Shown here in pieces: positions 39,112-51,828 of a DNA stretch of 64,000 nucleotides. The stretch's first letter is position 1. The number at the start of each line of letters is the position of its first letter. This DNA is from Octopus sinensis. Its lineage: Eukaryota. Position numbers and translations under genes: made by a program. The notes beneath the pieces are model-generated. The model made no database searches, was not told the origin of the DNA, and worked only from the letters and a program-made list of their open reading frames with translations. Location of the stretch: NCBI RefSeq assembly GCF_006345805.1, contig NC_042999.1, forward strand, positions 69,316,001 through 69,380,000, given 5' to 3'.

Positions 39112-39771
39112 TGTAACAACACTATGTCCGAAATGATAGTGTCACTTTCTATTTTTAAGTTTATCTCTCCAGATTTTCTATAGAATCCAGAGCTAACACT
39201 GCAAGTTACGGTTCATATACAAATACATCTTTGCAAAAAGAATGCAATCAAAGATAGGAAAAGTAGGTAATGGGTGTGTAGTGAGTCAAGGAAGCTCTAT
39301 TTGGTGGTTGCATATTGGCACAGTTGTGCTTTGGCAACCGTAGCCAATCAGAGCTGGTAGTATACCTATAAAAGCAACAGTCATCAGCCCAGCAGGAGTG
39401 CACCTTTTTGCAGTCAGTCAGCAGAAGGCCTTGACACCACAACTATCAGCAGACAGATTTCTGCAACCGTTAGTGGACAGATCTCCTCAACCAACAGCGG
39501 ACAGATCTTGGCATTTCACACCAGCCTTCATACCACCGGTTACTACCTGTTTGTTTCTCTTACATCCTTAGCACCACAAACTTCTAACCTACTTGTGCAA
39601 TTGCAAGTTTCAAGGCTTCCCTTCCATTCCTGCATATATACACTCACTTTGCTCAGCACTTGTCAGCAATCCAAATAAAATTACTATGCTTTATTAACAA
39701 ACATGCCTTCTGACATTTATTTCTACATACACTTCATTCCATGTTATATTGTGACATTCGAACATGTTACA
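39112..39771 (+). mobile_element. Possible solo LTR
   Basis: TGTAACA...TGTTACA ends, CCAAT at 39344, TATAAAAG at 39367, AATAAA at 39674. No TSD found. Confidence 0.45.
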
Positions 39772-40270
39772 ACTTTGAACCAGTTACAGGTGTATATGCA
39801 TATTTCAAGAATTATTGTTCTTTCATCAGTTGGTACAGATGAAAGAGCAATCCATTAACTATCCACAAATGGATTGCTTAAATAGTTACTGAATACAGCA
39901 GTGCAACACTACTGCATAAATCAGTTTACATATTGAATACATTCCTGACAACTGGTATGTGTGTATTAATTGCTAGTTAGAACACAGAAACTGAATACTG
40001 TGTCCTTACTAACAATTAACACGTTGGCTCCCAAGCCTCATTTCACGTTTTATCCCAAAGTCCCAATACAATCATCATCATTTAACGTCTGTGTTCCATG
40101 CTAGTATGAGTGGGACAGTACCATAAGAGCCGGCCAGGCCAAAACCTGCACCAGACTTCTGTGACTGTTTTGACAGGATTTTTACAGCTGGATGCCCTTC
40201 CTAACACCAACCACTCAGCAGAGTGGACTTAGTGCCTTTTTATGTGGCACAAGCACAGGTGAGGTGATTA

Positions 40271-40997
40271 ATTTTGACATGAGCATTGTAATATTTTTAC
40301 ACTATACTATATGTGGGGTAAGGATCACATAAGTAGTGTTAGATATCTATGTCCCACTGGAAGGTCATGTGGTACCCTAGTTCATATCACACCCTAGATA
40401 CCACAAGACCTATCCATGATCAATTTAAAATTTGGGGTATTTTCTATTGGAAGATCTTGAAATCTTTTCCAAAAGAACTATTTTTGTTTCAGTGGCAAAT
40501 AAAATTTTCTCAATACTCAGTCTTTTATTTTACCTCATTACATGATGAAATCAGAAGAAAAAGGAAAAATACATACCAAATCTATAGCAAAATTCAGTTC
40601 TCTTAGTGTAGCAACAGCACAAATCAAAGCAATCGGAGTATTCCAGCTTTCAGAAAACCCATAAGAAAGGAATCGAAAAATGACCCGCTGGTGGAGTGGG
40701 TGGGACTCACTAACATTCCAACACGACCCACCGGCAGGACTTGTGGGAGCCAATGTGTTAATATTTTACCTGTCATGGAACCCAAAATAGTTCTTTTTGA
40801 AAATAATTCAAGATCTTCCAATAGAAGATAACCCAAATTTTTAAACGACCATGGGTAGGTTGTGTGGTATCTAGGATGTCGTATGACCTATGGTACCATA
40901 TGACCCTCTGGTAGGACATGGGTATCTAACACTACCTATGTGAACCTTGCCTCACATATGGTATAGTGTAAAAATATTACACTGCTCATGTCAAAAT
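40271..40997. mobile_element. Foldback/MITE with imperfect TIRs of about 190 bp
   Basis: 40271-40462 is the reverse complement of 40806-40997 (attttgacatgagca.../...tgctcatgtcaaaat), with scattered mismatches. Confidence 0.75.
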
Positions 40998-41113
40998 AAT
41001 ATGTCACACTCTATTTTTCAAATAAAGGACTCTGAATGAAACCTTATTTATATCAGAATAGCATTGCTCGTTTATTATGCAATTAAGAATTAAATAATTT
41101 TCTGAATACTCAC

Positions 41114-41203
41114 CACTTGTTACCATTCTGTGTAAAATGCTTGCCATCTCCTGGCATTGATGGACACCATATTCCACAGACTGATCTTGTTTCAGTCCCA
41201 AAT
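41114..41203 (-). CDS. ESRP: ESRP coding exon (end of DnaQ-like domain)
   Basis: cattag| acceptor, |gtgagt donor, 90 nt, phase 1 to 1: (H)LGLKQDQSVEYGVHQCQEMASILHRMVTS(G). Confidence 0.88.
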
Positions 41204-41533
41204 CTAATGACAGTTAAGTAAAATGTTTTTTATATTGTTTCAGGAAATAAAAAAAGAATACTTTCAAAATTTTCCTTTACCAATTTTCTAAGACTACAGG
41301 AACAAGGCTGAAAAATTTTCAGTGGAAATTAACATTTCAAAACTAATAATCTCAAGTTACGAAAGGAATAATTACAATATTTATATCTATGCTATTTATG
41401 TCATGTAGCCATGTTTATTTACAATGTGTGTGTGTGTGTGTGTGTGCATGTGTATGTGTGTACATAGACTAATATTAGCTTAATCTTTACAATGTATATT
41501 TACAATACTTATATCTACATTATTACTATTATT

Positions 41534-41570
<37 letters not shown>

Positions 41571-43232
41571 CTTAGAAAAAATATACAGGGTAGGAAAATT
41601 ATAGAATTTTTTTCTACTAGTGGCCTAGCATGCAGAAAGTAGTCAATAGACTATATATTATTCATATAAAATTAGTGTACATTTAAACACATAAGAGGTG
41701 CCAATAATGTGTGTGTGTGTGTATGTATATATATATATATATATATAGGAAGAATTCACAAAAAAACAAAAGACGAAGACAGGTGGTGTAGACAACGAAC
41801 TGTTGTATTAGTATAACACTCAAGAAGTGAAAAAGTCTTTAATGTTTCGAGCCTACACTCTTCCACAGAAAGAAACAAAGGGAGAAAGTAAAGAATGTGT
41901 AGTGGCTATATATATATATATGTAATAATAATAATAAGATGCTTAGAGAACTTGGGAAACAGAAAGATAATATGCATAAGTACACATGTGTGTGTGTGTA
42001 TATACACATATATATTTTATGTACGTACAAACATATTTGTGTATGTAAGATATACATGTGTGTATACACACACACACATCATTTAACATCTACTTTCCAT
42101 AGTGGCATAGGTTGGACCATCATCTTTACAATATATTTTTACTACACACACATGCATATATATATATATATATATATATAGATAGATAGATAGATAGATA
42201 TATGTGTAAATATAAAAAAAATGGAACAAACATGCAATAGAGGACGATAAAACATTCAGACAGATAGACGATACAAAGGCAGACAGGAGAAACAACAATT
42301 AGAAGGACAGGCAAAAAAAGACAGGTCATTTGTAGCTTTCTTTCCTCAGTCAAGTTACCAGAAGTCCTTACTGTTTCGGGCAGTTACACTTGAGACAATT
42401 TGATCTGGTTGCCCCCCAAAAAGTCTAAGCTAAGAGCATTAAATTATTTGTAAGAAAGCTTGCAAATGTGTATGGCAACAAAGACAAAATCGGAGAACAT
42501 TGTACACAATTACAAATACAAACAACAAGAATATAACAACAGTTGTCTTTTGATTGAGAATGATAAAAATTGGGCCGGTGTGTATGAAAAGCCTAAAGGC
42601 AGGAATATAGGAGATGGACATAAGAGGTGTTGGCAGTCGGCAGTCAGTTATATAGATATATAATAGAAAAACCCAGTTGAAAAGAATTTGAATCCAAGTA
42701 ATGGGAGAAATGGATACAGTTTATGATTTTCTTCTCTACTTCCATCTGTCTATTTAAATTCTTATACATAACTATTGTAATAAATGCTCAGCGGTATTTC
42801 ATCTGTCTTTATGTTCTGAGTTCAAATTCCGCCGAGACTGATTTTGCCTTTCATCCTTTCGGGGTCGATAATTAAAGTACCAGTTCTGTACTAGGGTCGA
42901 CCTAATCGATTATTTTAACCTCTAACTCAAGTAACCTATATAGATATATAATTATATAGAATGCAATTATAATTAAGGTCACAGAAGTCACTGAGCCTAT
43001 ATACTAGAAGAAGACACCAAATATGTCCAACCACTAGAAGATTCACTTCAATATATACAGGTTGAAAGTGGGAAAAGTGGATGAACCAAAATTTCATAAA
43101 ATAATTCTCTGAATTCAATCTGCGTGTATTGAAGTGAATTGTGTAGTGGTCGGATGTATTTGGTGTCTTTTTCTAATATATAGGCACAGTAGCTTCTGTA
43201 CCCTTAATTACAATTATATTCTATATAATTAC

Positions 43233-43239
<7 letters not shown>

Positions 43240-43270
<31 letters not shown>

Positions 43271-43274
43271 GTGT

Positions 43275-43339
<65 letters not shown>

Positions 43340-43341
43340 TA

Positions 43342-43374
<33 letters not shown>

Positions 43375-43431
43375 GTGTGTATATATATATATGTGTGTGT
43401 ATATATATATATATATATATGTGTATATATA

Positions 43432-43485
<54 letters not shown>
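43240..43485. repeat. (TA)n/(TG)n microsatellite (representative of many)
   Basis: Direct reading. Similar tracts at about 34845-35040, 49880-50400, 57365-57550, and (TAA)n at 44010-45005. Confidence 0.9.
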
Positions 43486-43486
<1 letters not shown>

Positions 43487-44423
43487 TAAATACAATGTAC
43501 AATGAGTTATACAAAAGAACAATACTAACAAATATGCTTTTAGCTTTAATGGGAAGTGAAAGTGTCATAATGTTTGAGACATTAATCTTTTGTCAGAAAA
43601 AAAGTAAAGTGTAGAGGGAGTGAGAAAGAAGAATAGAGGGTGAGAAAGAGACCGGAAGAAGAGGAGGAGGAGAAGAAAAGAAGGAGAAAGTATGGCCATG
43701 TAGCTGAGAATAGACTTAGACACATTCTAGTTCTTACACCTGTACCCAACAGAAAATTCAAGAAGTGACAGATGGTGGGAGGGAGATTGGGTATTGCCAG
43801 TAGTCAGGTGGTATATGGTCAGGAAGAATGGGTGCAGGCGCATCCCCTAAAATTTTGTGGGGACAATGAAAATACTTTGGATATCCTCCTGGAAAACTTC
43901 ATCGCCAAAACAAATAATTGTAGAAACAGTTTTGACAGATTTGAAACATTACTTTTTCTGTTATTGGTTTTATCTGATTTGATTGATGTGGAAACATAAT
44001 AATAATAATAATGATAATAATAATAATAATTTCTACTTTAGGCACAAGGCCTGAAATTTGGGGGAAGGGATTAAGTCGATTACATCAAGACCAGCACTTA
44101 ACTGGTACTTATTTAATCGACCCTGAAAGGATGAAAGACAAAGTTGACCTCAGAACAGAGCGACGGGTGAAATACAGCTAAGCATTTTGTCCAGCACGCT
44201 AACGATTCTGCCAGCTCACTGCCTTTAATAATAATCATAATAATGATAATAATAATAATAATAATGATGACGATGATGATAATGATAATAATCATAATGA
44301 TAAGAAAAATCAAGAGGGTTCTAAGTGCTTGAAAGACTATTGAAAATAGTGGATACCTAAGGTTACAGGTAGTAACCTGCTGCCCAAATTCTACCAGGAA
44401 TAAGATTGAACCTGAGTCAAATC

Positions 44424-44455
<32 letters not shown>

Positions 44456-44934
44456 TAATAATAATAATTATTATTATTATTGTTATTATTATTATTATTA
44501 TTAAGGCTGAATCGCTAGCACGCTGGACGAAATGCTTAGCAGTTTTTCGCCTGTCACTGCGTTCTGAGTTCAAATTCCACCGAGGTCAACTTTGCCTTTC
44601 ATCCTTTCAGTGTCAATGAATTAAGTACCAGTGAAACATTGGGGATCGATGTAATCGATCACCACCCCCCACCAAATTTCAGGCTTTGTGCTTATAATAA
44701 AAAGGATTATTATTATTGTTATTATTGAAGTAATGAGCTGGCAGAATCATTAGCACGCCAGGTGAAATGCTTAGTGACATTTTGTCTGTCTTTACATTGA
44801 GTTCAAGTTCCACCAAGGTCGACTTTGCTTTTCATCCTTTTGGGGTCGATAAATTAAGTACCAATGAAACACTGGGGTCGATGTGGTCGACTCATCCCTC
44901 CTCCAAAATGGCTGCCCTTATGGCAAAATTTGAA

Positions 44935-44982
<48 letters not shown>

Positions 44983-45188
44983 CGTTATTATTACTATTAT
45001 TATTATACCTGCGTTTGTGTTGATACTAAGATGGAAAAAAATCAACCTTGTTTGTCAAAAATTTAGGACCTGGGTTTGCACCCTGTAAGTAAATTTCATT
45101 CCCACGCTTATGTCAAGTGGTGGTCACTTTTCAGGTGATTAAACTGAATCAATGTGAAATGAAGCTCCTTGTCCTCCATTGTGTCCTT

Positions 45189-45694
45189 AAGGACACAATG
45201 CATTGACCAGTCTAGGAATTGAAACCACGACCTTTTGATCCCACATATTCACTTGAAAGGAAAGGACATAATGCATTAACCAGTCTAGGAATTGAAACCA
45301 CGACCTTTTGATCTGACAAATTCACTTGAAAGGAAAGGACACAATGCGTTGACCATTCTAGGAATTGAAACCACGACCTTTTGATCCCACATATTCGCTT
45401 GAGAGGAAAGGACATAATGCATTGACCAGTCTAGGAATTGAAACCACGACCTTTTGATCCCACATATTCACTTGAAAGGAAAGGACATAATGCATTAACC
45501 AGTCTAGGAATTGAAACCACGACCTTTTGATCTGACAAATTCACTTGAAAGGAAAGGACACAATGCGTTGACCATTCTAGGAATTGAAACCACGACCTTT
45601 TGATCCCACATATTCGCTTGAGAGGAAAGGACATAATGCATTGACCAGTCTAGGAATTGAAACCACGACCTTTTGATCCAACATATTCACTTGA
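45189..45694. repeat. 73-bp tandem array (about 7 units) with a 219-bp higher-order repeat
   Basis: Units start at 45189, 45262, 45335 and onward. Identical ORF translations are offset by 219 nt. Confidence 0.92.
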
Positions 45695-46496
45695 GCCACA
45701 GGCAATTCTCTTTGATCTAATAATGACAATCAGTTGTAATAGATTGCATGATAGTCTTGATATTCTCATGAATTCGTTTCCAAGGCAACAATAGCTAAAA
45801 ATAAACTTTGGATTTCTTCTTTTCTTTCCTGCTTTCTTTTTTATTTTCATTTATTTGTTTGTTTATTTTTGAATGCCAAATTAAAAAGCAAGAAGGAATT
45901 TTTCAACAAATTTGAGTCAGTTGAGTGAAGAAGAACGAGTTAGACAAGGTTTGTTCTCATAATGGGACTTCATGTCATTAAGGAGTGTTGACTGGTCTTT
46001 GAAAACCGGTTGGAGAGGGAGAGGGGGAGGGGGGAAAGAGAGAGAGAGAGAGAGAGCAACATAGATGGAAATTATGATAGACAAGGATAGAAGAAATAGA
46101 AAAGAAACCTGTTAATATATATTTCTTATCAACTAGCTCCACAAGTTTTTCTCTGTGCTTTTAGAATTATCTCTGAGACTAAAATAAGCACTTTTTTTTT
46201 GCTCTTTGACATAGTGTAACAAAAATCATCATCATCATCATCATAAATTGCATTTACATACATCAAAGTCATTTTAATTATTTCTTGTGAGAAACTGATT
46301 TGGGTTGATCTAGCAAGTGGTGCTTTGTTTCAGTGGTGGAGTGGGGGGGGTCTGGTGTACAATAATGCCATCGAGAGGAAGACCCCAAAACAGCACACAT
46401 TCTCTCCTGATCACCCCATGAACCTGCTGGTGTCTGGTATGCAGAGCTTTCAACTGGTAGCACTTGTGTTCTAGGAGTTGTTTGCAAATAATCTCC

Positions 46497-46545
<49 letters not shown>

Positions 46546-48135
46546 TCATCATCATCATCATTTAACACTCGTTGTCCATGCTGGCATGAGTTGGATGGTT
46601 TGACCAGGGCTGGTAAGCTGGAAGGCTGCACCAGACCCCAGTCACATCTGCCATGGTTTCTACGGCTGGATGCCCTTCCAAATGCCAACCACTCCGAGAG
46701 TGTAATGGGTGCTTTTACATGCCACCATCATGGATGCCATATGCATGACACCAGTATCTGTCTTGACTGTAATTTTGCTCAGCTTGATGGGTCTTCTCAT
46801 GCATGACATAATGCCAAAGGTCATTGCCTCTGTGAGGCCCAACACTCAAAAGGAACTCGGCCACTTTGCCTCCATCAGGCCCAGCATGCATATATATGTA
46901 TGTATATATATTTCATACTGCATTGAGCACTCTTCTTTTTATTAATATAGATAGAATATGTTGGATCAAGACGGCAATATACTGTTTTGTGTGTGTGTGA
47001 TGGAAATCAAAATATGGATAGAAACTGATCATTGCTTGTTAACGAGCTGCAAAAGAAAGATTATTTATAATTAGCCCAGCTGATATTTTCCAGTTTTTAC
47101 CACTTCATACATACACACATACACACATATGTAGACACATGCATACACACACACACACACATGCACACACATACATATACACACACATACACACATGCAA
47201 ACACCACACACACACACACATATCATCATCATCATTTAACATCCGTTGTCCATGCTGACATGGTTGGATGGTTTGACCAGGGCTGGTAAGCTAGAAGGCT
47301 GTATCCGATTCAGGTCTGATTTGGCATGGTTTTCTACGGCTGGATGTCCTTCCTAACATTAACCACTCCAAGAGTGTAATGGGTGCTTTTATGTACCACT
47401 GACACAGGTGCCGTTTGCGTGACATCAGTCCCTTTCACAAGTGTGGTTTTGCTCAGCTTAATGGGTCTTCTTCTCAAGGATGACATAATGCTAAAGGTTT
47501 TAGTCATTGCCTTCATGAGGCCCAACACTCGAAAGGAACTCAGCTACTTTGTCTCCCTAAAGCCCAACACTCAAAAGGTGCTCTTTACACACCACTGGCA
47601 TGGGTGTCAGTTACATAACACATAAATATTTATATACTCTTTACTCTTTTACTTGTTTCAATCATGTGACTGCGGCCATGCTGGAGCACCACCTTTAGTT
47701 GAGCAATCGACCCCAGAACTTATTCTTTGTAAGCCTAGTACTTATTCTATCGATCTCTTGTTGAACCAATAAGTTACGGGGACGTAAACACACCAGCATC
47801 GGTTGTCAAGCGATGTTGGGGGGACAAACACAGACACACGAACATATACACACACATACATATATATATATATATATCATCATCATCATCATTTAACGTC
47901 CGCTTTCCATGCTAGCATGGGTTTTATATATATATATATATATATATGACAGGCTTCTTTCAGTTTCCGTCTACCAAATCCACTCATAAGGCTTTTGTCA
48001 GCCCGAGGCTATAGTAAAAGACACTTGCCCAAGGTGCCACGCAGTGGGAATGAACCTGGAGCCATGTGGTTGGGAAGCAAGCTTCTTATCACACAGCCAC
48101 TCCTGTGCCTATATATATATATATATATATATATA

Positions 48136-48510
48136 TACTAGCAGTGTCGCCCGGCGTTGCTCAGGTTTGTAAGGGAAATAACTATAAAGCATTTTTAGAG
48201 AGTTATAGCCAAAAAATGGAAAAAAATATGGTAAAATTTTTTTTGAGAGTTAAAAAAGGATGGAGTTGCGTCCCCTAGACAGTTTGTGGTTCGTGTTTCT
48301 GATTCTCGACCCCATGTCGAATTTATCGATTTTTTTTTCAGAACTGGGGGAACTTTTCAAAATTTTGGCTGCGTTAGTTTTGAATTATGACATTGGGCTA
48401 TGTGTGTGTCAAGTTTCATCAGAATCGGTTGAAAGCCGTGGTCAGGGTGAGGGTACAAGCAAACAGACACACAGAAACACGCACAGACAAACTGCCGTTT
48501 ATATATAGAG
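48136..48510 (+). mobile_element. Non-autonomous Helitron-like element (Lep1-like architecture)
   Basis: TACTAGcagtgtcgcccggcgttgctc start, aagtttcatcagaatcggttgaaagccgtg, an acag/acac microsatellite, and a tatatatagag end, inserted in (TA)n. Confidence 0.5.
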
Positions 48511-48569
48511 AGATATATATATATAGCCTGGGCAAAGTTCAGGGAGCTCCTACTTCTGCTGGCAACTAA

Positions 48570-49415
48570 GGGCCTCTCGATCAGAGTAAAAGGTAGACTG
48601 TATGATGCATGCTGAGGACGTGCGTAGGCTTGAAAGACATGAAGCTTGTATGATATGCTGGATGCGTAATGTCAGTGTGTATACACGACAGTGTAAGTAC
48701 CCTGAGAGAAAAGTTGCACATAAGAAGCATCAAATGTGGTAAGCAAGAGAGGATTCTGCACTGGTAAGGTTATGTGTTACGTATGAATGAAGACAGCTGT
48801 GTGAGGAAGTGTCACTCCCTAACTGTAGAAGGAACCTGTGGAAGAGGTAGACCCAGGAAGACATGGGATGAGATGGTGAAGCATGACCTTTGAACACTGG
48901 GTCTCACAGAGGAAATGACGGGAGGTCAGGACATTTGGAGATATGTTGTGATTGAGACAACCCGGCAACTAAAGTGAGATTGCAGCGATGCATGTCCAGC
49001 CCTGTTAAGAATATCCCTGATGTGTTGGGCGATATATGCTTGAGAAGACCATCTGAGTCAAGTAAAACCAATATTGTAGGTGTGGCCAGTGACTCCTGAC
49101 TGACTTCCATGCCAGTGGCACATAAAAGGCACCAACCAATCATGGTAGATGCCAGTACCCCCTAGCTGGCTCTTGTGCAGGTGGCATGTAAAAAGCACCA
49201 TCTGAACGTGATCAATGCCAGGCCCGCCTGACTGGCTCCCATACCAGTGGCATGTAAAAAGCACCCACTGCACTCGCAGAGTGGTTGGCATTAGGAAGGG
49301 CATCCAGCTGTAGAAACATTGCTAGATCAGATTGGAGCATGTGCTGGCTCTCCAGATCTCAGTCAAACCTTCCAAGCCATGCCAGCATGGAAAACTGACG
49401 TTAAACGATGATGAT
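48570..49415 (+). mobile_element. RTE LINE 3' end: ORF remnant plus 3' tail
   Basis: GRLYDAC...RLERHEACMICWMRNVSV...MNEDSCVRKCHSLTVEGTCGRGRPRKTWDEMVKHDL, followed by the ggcattaggaagggcatccagctgtagaaac repeat and a (GAT)n tail. Confidence 0.75.
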
Positions 49416-50329
49416 GATATATATATATATAAATATATATATATATGCAGGTGTATTTGTGCTTCTGTATCTGTGTTTTACCAGTGTTGGTGAATTTACA
49501 TCCCCCATAAAAGAGACTGATAGAATAAGTATCTGGTTTTCAAAATTCTTCAAGTTGGTGCCCCAGAATGGTCACAGTCAAATGACTGAAACACATAAAA
49601 GCTCTGTCAAGGTAATGAATGATAAAACAAAAGACAAGGCTATATATCAAACAGGTGTATATAACTTGTTGTAAACAACAACAACATAAGAAATGACAAG
49701 CAATGAGTAACAAATTATAAGCAACTGCTAATATGGCCGACTTCCTTTAAGAAAGGTCAAACGAGATCTTGCTAAGTAAGAAGCTAAGGCCACTATAAAT
49801 AATGAATGATATTGGTGACAAGAGATAAACAGACAAATGTAAATGAAAAACACTATGGAGTACTTATACACACATAAATACATATAATATATATGTATAT
49901 ATGCTTATTTATATAAAGATTGCTATATATATATAAGCATGAATACAGGTACATATATATGTATGCATGTATGTGTATATATATATATAAGCATATTGTG
50001 TATAGATGCTTATGTGTATGTATCTATGTATATATATATAGATACATACACATACATACAGATATATAGACTTATGTAAACATAAATATATAAATATACA
50101 TGTATATGTACGTAAAAGATGTATCCATATATATATATATATATATATATTCACAAATATGCACACATATACTTATATGTGTACATTTGCACACATCTTC
50201 ATATACATTCATGTATACAAATATATGTATATATATATACACAAATATGCACACATACACATATAGGCATTCATATAAATATATAGATATACACATACAT
50301 ATACATACATACATACATACATACATACA

Positions 50330-50365
<36 letters not shown>

Positions 50366-50834
50366 TATATACACATGAATATATATACATAAATATGTGT
50401 GTGTGATTTATTATCTGAATACACACACATGGGCACACACACTATCATCCTCATTTAACATCCGCCTTCCATGCTGGCATACACAGACACATAAATATAC
50501 ATGTGAGCACATAGGTGCAAAACTAGGCGGAGAAACCACATACATATAAACAAAAGGTGACAAGTGTTTAGAAGAAGGCATTGACGTCACAAACAAGAAC
50601 AGTTCCTGCACAAGAACGAAATAACTTTTCTTGAAGCAGAGAAGTAAATTTAGAAAGTTGACCTAGAAATGCTTTCGTATATGGAAGGTAGTGATTACCT
50701 ATCAGTGAAACACCTTTATCAGTCGTCTGTTGACTTCAAATAAGGGTCACGCTTATATAATCCTCAAGAAATAAAAAAAGTGTCGTCTAGTTTATTTATA
50801 TAGCATGTGATCACTAGCATAACTAGGGGAAGGT

Positions 50835-51045
50835 GACGAGCTGGCAGAAATGTTAGCACACCAGGCGAAATGCTTAGCGGTATTTCGTCTGTCTTTACAT
50901 TCTGAGTTCAAATTCCACTGAGGGTGACTTTGCTTTTTGTCCTTTCGGGGTCGATAAGTTAAGTACCAGTTGTGTACTGTGGTCGATCAAATCAACTTGG
51001 CCCCCTCCCACCAAAATTTTGGGCCTTGTGCATAGAGTAGAAAAG
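50835..51045 (+). mobile_element. SINE family B (representative copy)
   Basis: gagctggcagaaatgttagcacaccaggcgaaatgcttagcggtatttcg...gagttcaaattcc...ctttcggggtcgataa. Other copies at about 1930-2310, 24760-24950, 35340-35545, 44030-44225, 44500-44700, 44735-44935 and 63655-63870. Confidence 0.75.
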
Positions 51046-51462
51046 AATAACATAACTAGTGGGTGGCAGTAGGGGTGATCCAATCCCCCTTCCGAGTGGC
51101 ACTTTTAAAGGGGTACCACCTCTGGGTCTGCTGTAGATAATATGCATTTTTGGGGGGTCCAGGGTCAGAAAATGGAAGGGCCACCCTAGGTGGAGAACAG
51201 AAGGGCTGCCCCATGTGGCACACAGCCTAGCTACCCTAATACAAGTCACTTTCTACTTGTTTTAGTCATTAGACTGCAGCCATGCTGGGACACTGCCTCA
51301 AAGAACTTTTAGTTGAATGAATTGACCCCCAGACTTTTCTTTTCTTTAAGCTTGCAAATTATTCTATTGATTGCATTTGTTGAACAACTAAGTTACAGGG
51401 ACATAAACATACCAACACTGGTTGTCATGTGGTAGTGGGGAACAAACACAAACACACACACA

Positions 51463-51526
<64 letters not shown>

Positions 51527-51543
51527 CAAAATAAGCAACAAGT

Positions 51544-51696
51544 ATATCCGAGGTAATGTGGTACGATCGTTTCATGCTAATTCATTTTATTAAACACTGT
51601 AAGCATTACATCGACATTTTAAAACTGATGTAATGCTTACAGTGTTTAAATAAAATGAAGTAGCATGAAACGATCATACCACATTACCTCAGATAT
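51544..51696. repeat. Near-perfect hairpin, arms about 69 bp, 14-nt loop
   Basis: atatccgaggtaatgtggtacgatcgtttcatgct... / ...agcatgaaacgatcataccacattacctcagatat. Confidence 0.85.
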
Positions 51697-51790
51697 AAAT
51701 CACCCCATGGATTTATATGGATAATACCATACAAAATTCTGGTGCCTTTGACTTAAGTACCATATTCATCTGAATCTAAATTTTGCTGAA

Positions 51791-51828
<38 letters not shown>

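Noticed and set aside
40538-40836. Two ORFs of about 70 aa in the foldback spacer
   Set aside because: No recognisable domain, and they have no place in the already phase-complete ESRP exon chain.
42330-42400. CGAAAC plus CUGAGGA on the minus strand
   Set aside because: Stem III and stem II pairing fail, so it is not a credible hammerhead.
43229-43614. Long ORFs such as [12 protein letters not shown] and IIIII here and throughout the window
   Set aside because: These are translations of (TA)n, (TG)n and (TAA)n microsatellites.
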